DNA of 64,000 nucleotides from Stegostoma tigrinum (taxonomy: Eukaryota), in NCBI RefSeq assembly GCF_030684315.1, contig NC_081372.1:51370987-51434986 (forward strand), read 5' to 3'. Positions within the stretch are counted from its first letter, which is position 1, and every line of letters starts with the position of its first letter. Positions 60,942 to 64,000 of this stretch are shown here, one piece after another. The position numbers and the translations under genes are program-made. The notes under the pieces are model-generated. The model searched no databases. It saw only the letters and a list, made by a program, of their open reading frames with translations, and was not told where the DNA came from.

Positions 60942-62574
60942 CTTTAGTCAGCAAGAAGGGTTTGAATGTCTCCAATCCAGCAATGCTTTCTGCCTTCCCA
61001 AAATAGAAGTTGCTACATGAGAAAAGATCAGTCCATCTAATTTCACTTTCTTCCAGCCTGGGAATTTACATTATTTCATCTATTCACAGCAATCCATTTG
61101 AATCAGTGGTGTATAACAGATCTAAATCCCAGATCCAAAGTCACCTGTTTGATCTAAGCATCCAACATTCCCCACACAATGTCTGAAATTACTCATGTCC
61201 TGAACTGAATAGTATTCCCTCACCTCTGAAAGCAATTAAAAACAACCTGTCGTTCTAATCCCGTATTACTTTCAATTGTATCTAGCTCCCCTTTAAGTGC
61301 AATTACAATCTTTTAACACATTGTTCCATATTTTTAGTCATGAATGTTTTTTTTCTGAATATTTTCTGTTTATAGTCTCTATTTCTTTTCTCCAAAGTTT
61401 TTCCATGGATCTGGGTGTTGTTGACAAGGACAGCGTTGTTGCCCAGGCCGAATTGCTCTTGAACAACACTTCTTCTTCAGCCGTTTCAGAGTGTCATTAG
61501 GAATGAAACCCATTTCTGTTGGTCTGGAGCCTCGTTTAATTCAGCTGAGATGGATCCTGATCAGGGAGCTCATTTGACCACAAAAGTGGTAAAAGAGACC
61601 TGTAAACTAATGTGTATAAAACAGTAGTTCCACCTATTCTACTGTCCCCAGTGTTCTAGGATGCTGGAAGGAATGAACTGGACCCGAAAAACCTCGCTGG
61701 CCAGGAACACTTACCACAAAAGAAGATTCTGGGTGGATATTCTGTACACAATCCTCATGAGATTAGATGCTACAGCCAACAGGCTTAACGTCTTAGGAGC
61801 ACAGGGTGAGCAATGATACTCCAGATGAAACAGTGACTTGTCGGGACAAAGCTATCAGACCATATCAGACCAGGTTCAATGATATATCAGGAACTGTACG
61901 TAAGTGTTATGGACGAGACAAGCTACAGCTCTGACCCACAACAATACACATTTATTTTTGAGAGGCAAGAGCAAGGCGCTGTGTCCTGTATTTGGATTGG
62001 CCTAACTCTTAGCTTTAATCAAAACACATTTTAACCTTGCAACATGGTACAAATACAAGAATAAGAAGAATTGATGTAACTTTATACTATTAAATTAGTT
62101 AACAAGGTCATTTATTATTGACCCACTGATCAATTGTTCCAATATAGGTAGCATCGCATTAACACGCCCATGGCAAAGGCAATTCAGCAACACAGTTATT
62201 ATTCTCACATGCTGTCTCTCTCCAGTCTACTGGAGAGAGACACTGAAAGAAACAACCTGCATCTTTTATTTGTAAGAGGTAACCCCTCAGTCTTGGGCTT
62301 CAATTTAGCAATGAAGAGCGCAAGCGTTCAGCTCCAGCAGTGAGCAAAATCCACCAGCTAAATGAAAGTGAAACCAAAATCCTCTGGATGTCTGTCCGAG
62401 CCTCATTCCATCCACTCACAATTCTTTTATCTTAAAAAAAAATAGAAATTTGCAAGTTATTTCTCAAATGTCTGTAGAAAAGATACTTTTTGGGACCATT
62501 GTGTCAACACCTTCCTACAGAAGAAACAGGATAGAACACAACTCTTAAAGGCAGAGAATTGTCATGTATTGGAA

Positions 62575-64000
62575 AGATTGCCTGGGGCCTTGGACAGAAG
62601 TGAGGGGGAAGGTGTAGTGGCATGTGTAGCACCTCCTGCGGTTGCAGGGAAAGATGCTGGGTGTGTTGGGTTGGTGCGGAGTGTGGAGCAGACGAGGATA
62701 TTGCAGAGTGAGCGGTCCCTATGAAAGGCAGGTCAGGGTGGAGAGGATGCAGAAGTTGGTGTGGAGGTTTGTCTGGACCAGGGCGACCTCCATCCAAGGC
62801 CCCAGACAATTATTTCATATCAGACAGGGATTCGCCTATACATCCCCCAATCTGGTCTCCAGGATCTGTTGCTCCTGTCGTGGTCTCCTCCACATCTCCA
62901 CCTGGATGAGGGCGTAGAAGGATGGGTTAGTAAATTTGCAGACGACACTAAGGTTGGTGGAGTTGTGGATATTGATGAAGGATGCTGTAGGTTGCAGAGA
63001 GACATAGATAAGCTGCAGAGCTGGGCTGAGAGGTGTCAAATGGAGTTTAATGCAGACAAGTGTGAAGTGATGCACTTTGGTAGGAGTAACCGGAAGGCAA
63101 AGTACAGGGTTAATGGTAAGATTCTTAGCAGTGTAGATGAGTAGAGAGATCTCAGTGTCCACGTACACAGATCCTTGAAAGTTGCCACCCAGGTTGACAG
63201 GACTGTTAAGAAGGCATACAGTGTTTTAGCTTTTATTAATAGAGGGATCGAGTTCCGGAACCAGGAGGTTATGGTGAAGCTGTATAAAACTCTGATGTGG
63301 CCGCACTTGGAGTATTGTGTACAGTTCTGGTCACCGCATTATAGGAAGGATGTGAAAGCTTTGGAAAGGGTGCAGAGGAGATTTACTAGGATGTTGCCTG
63401 GTATGGAGGGTAGGTCTTACGAGGAAAGGCTGATGGACTTGAGGCTGTTTTCATTAGAGAGAAGAAGGTTGAGAGGTGATTTAATTGAAACATATAAAAT
63501 AATCAGAGTGTTAGATAGAGTGGATAGGGACAGCCTTTTTTCTAGGACAGTGACAGCGAGCATGAGGGGCATAGCTTTAAATTGAGGGGTGAAAGATATA
63601 GGACAGATGTCAGAGGTAGTTTCTTTACTCAGAGAGTAGTAAGGGAATGGAACGCTTTGCCTGCAACGGTAGTAGATTTGCCAACTTTAGGTACATTTAA
63701 GCCGTCATTGGATAATCATATGGACGTACATGGAATAGTGTAGGTTAGATGGGCTTGAGATCGGTATGACAGGTCGGCACAACATCGAGGGCCGAAGGGC
63801 CTGTACTGTGCTGTAATGTTCTATGTTCTATCAGTGTTACCAAGCGCAGTCTCAGTGACTGATTCGCAGAGCATCTGCACTCTGGGCTCTATAATCATCA
63901 ACACCTTCCAACTGCCAAACATTTTAACTCAGCCCCCTTCTCACTTGATGACATTTCCACCCTGGGCCTTTCCAGTGTAACAATGATTCCACACGCAAAC
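62575..64000. mobile_element. Decayed Penelope remnant with an internal inversion (minus strand to about 62790, then plus), interrupted by a CR1
   Basis: gcacctcctgcggttgcaggga (minus); ggccccagaca..tttcatatc and gattcgcagagcatctgcactc (plus). Confidence 0.65.
62900..63830 (+). mobile_element. CR1 3' part, same young family as 51892-54245
   Basis: LDEGVEGWVSKFADDTK...HLEYCVQFWSPHY; same 3' UTR and tail. Confidence 0.95.

Larger units (their letters stand above)
19517..61950. repeat. Older long-period tandem duplication (exon-6 spacing 26.1 kb from D to E and 19.4 kb from E to F)
   Basis: Collinear blocks: 20170/45915/61550, 22200/48320, 23056/49183, 26410/56400, 28230/57325, 38400/57990, 40088/59742. 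Confidence 0.9.

Overview
Eukaryotic, repeat-rich DNA. The SINE, CR1 and Penelope families point to a cartilaginous fish (inference). The backbone is a tandem array, on the minus strand, of troponin C (TNNC2-like) 3'-half cassettes made of exons 4-5-6 only (115/137/32 nt, phases 1-2-1). There are six same-orientation copies (A-F; A runs off the left edge and F is decayed) plus one inverted fragment. I found no exons 1-3 (N-lobe) anywhere in the 64 kb. The left part is a young ~5.06-5.5 kb tandem repeat derived by deletion from an older ~19-26 kb unit seen on the right. Copies B, C and E keep open frames, GT-AG sites and their own AATAAA while differing strongly in protein sequence. A single 9.5 kb Penelope (Neptune-type) insertion with a 15-bp target-site duplication contains three element copies (one inverted, two tandem), each with a hammerhead-ribozyme motif. 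The rest is CR1 LINEs, tRNA-derived SINEs, LTR-integrase remnants and possible decayed exons of an unidentified second gene. All alignments and translations were done by eye; no database search was run.
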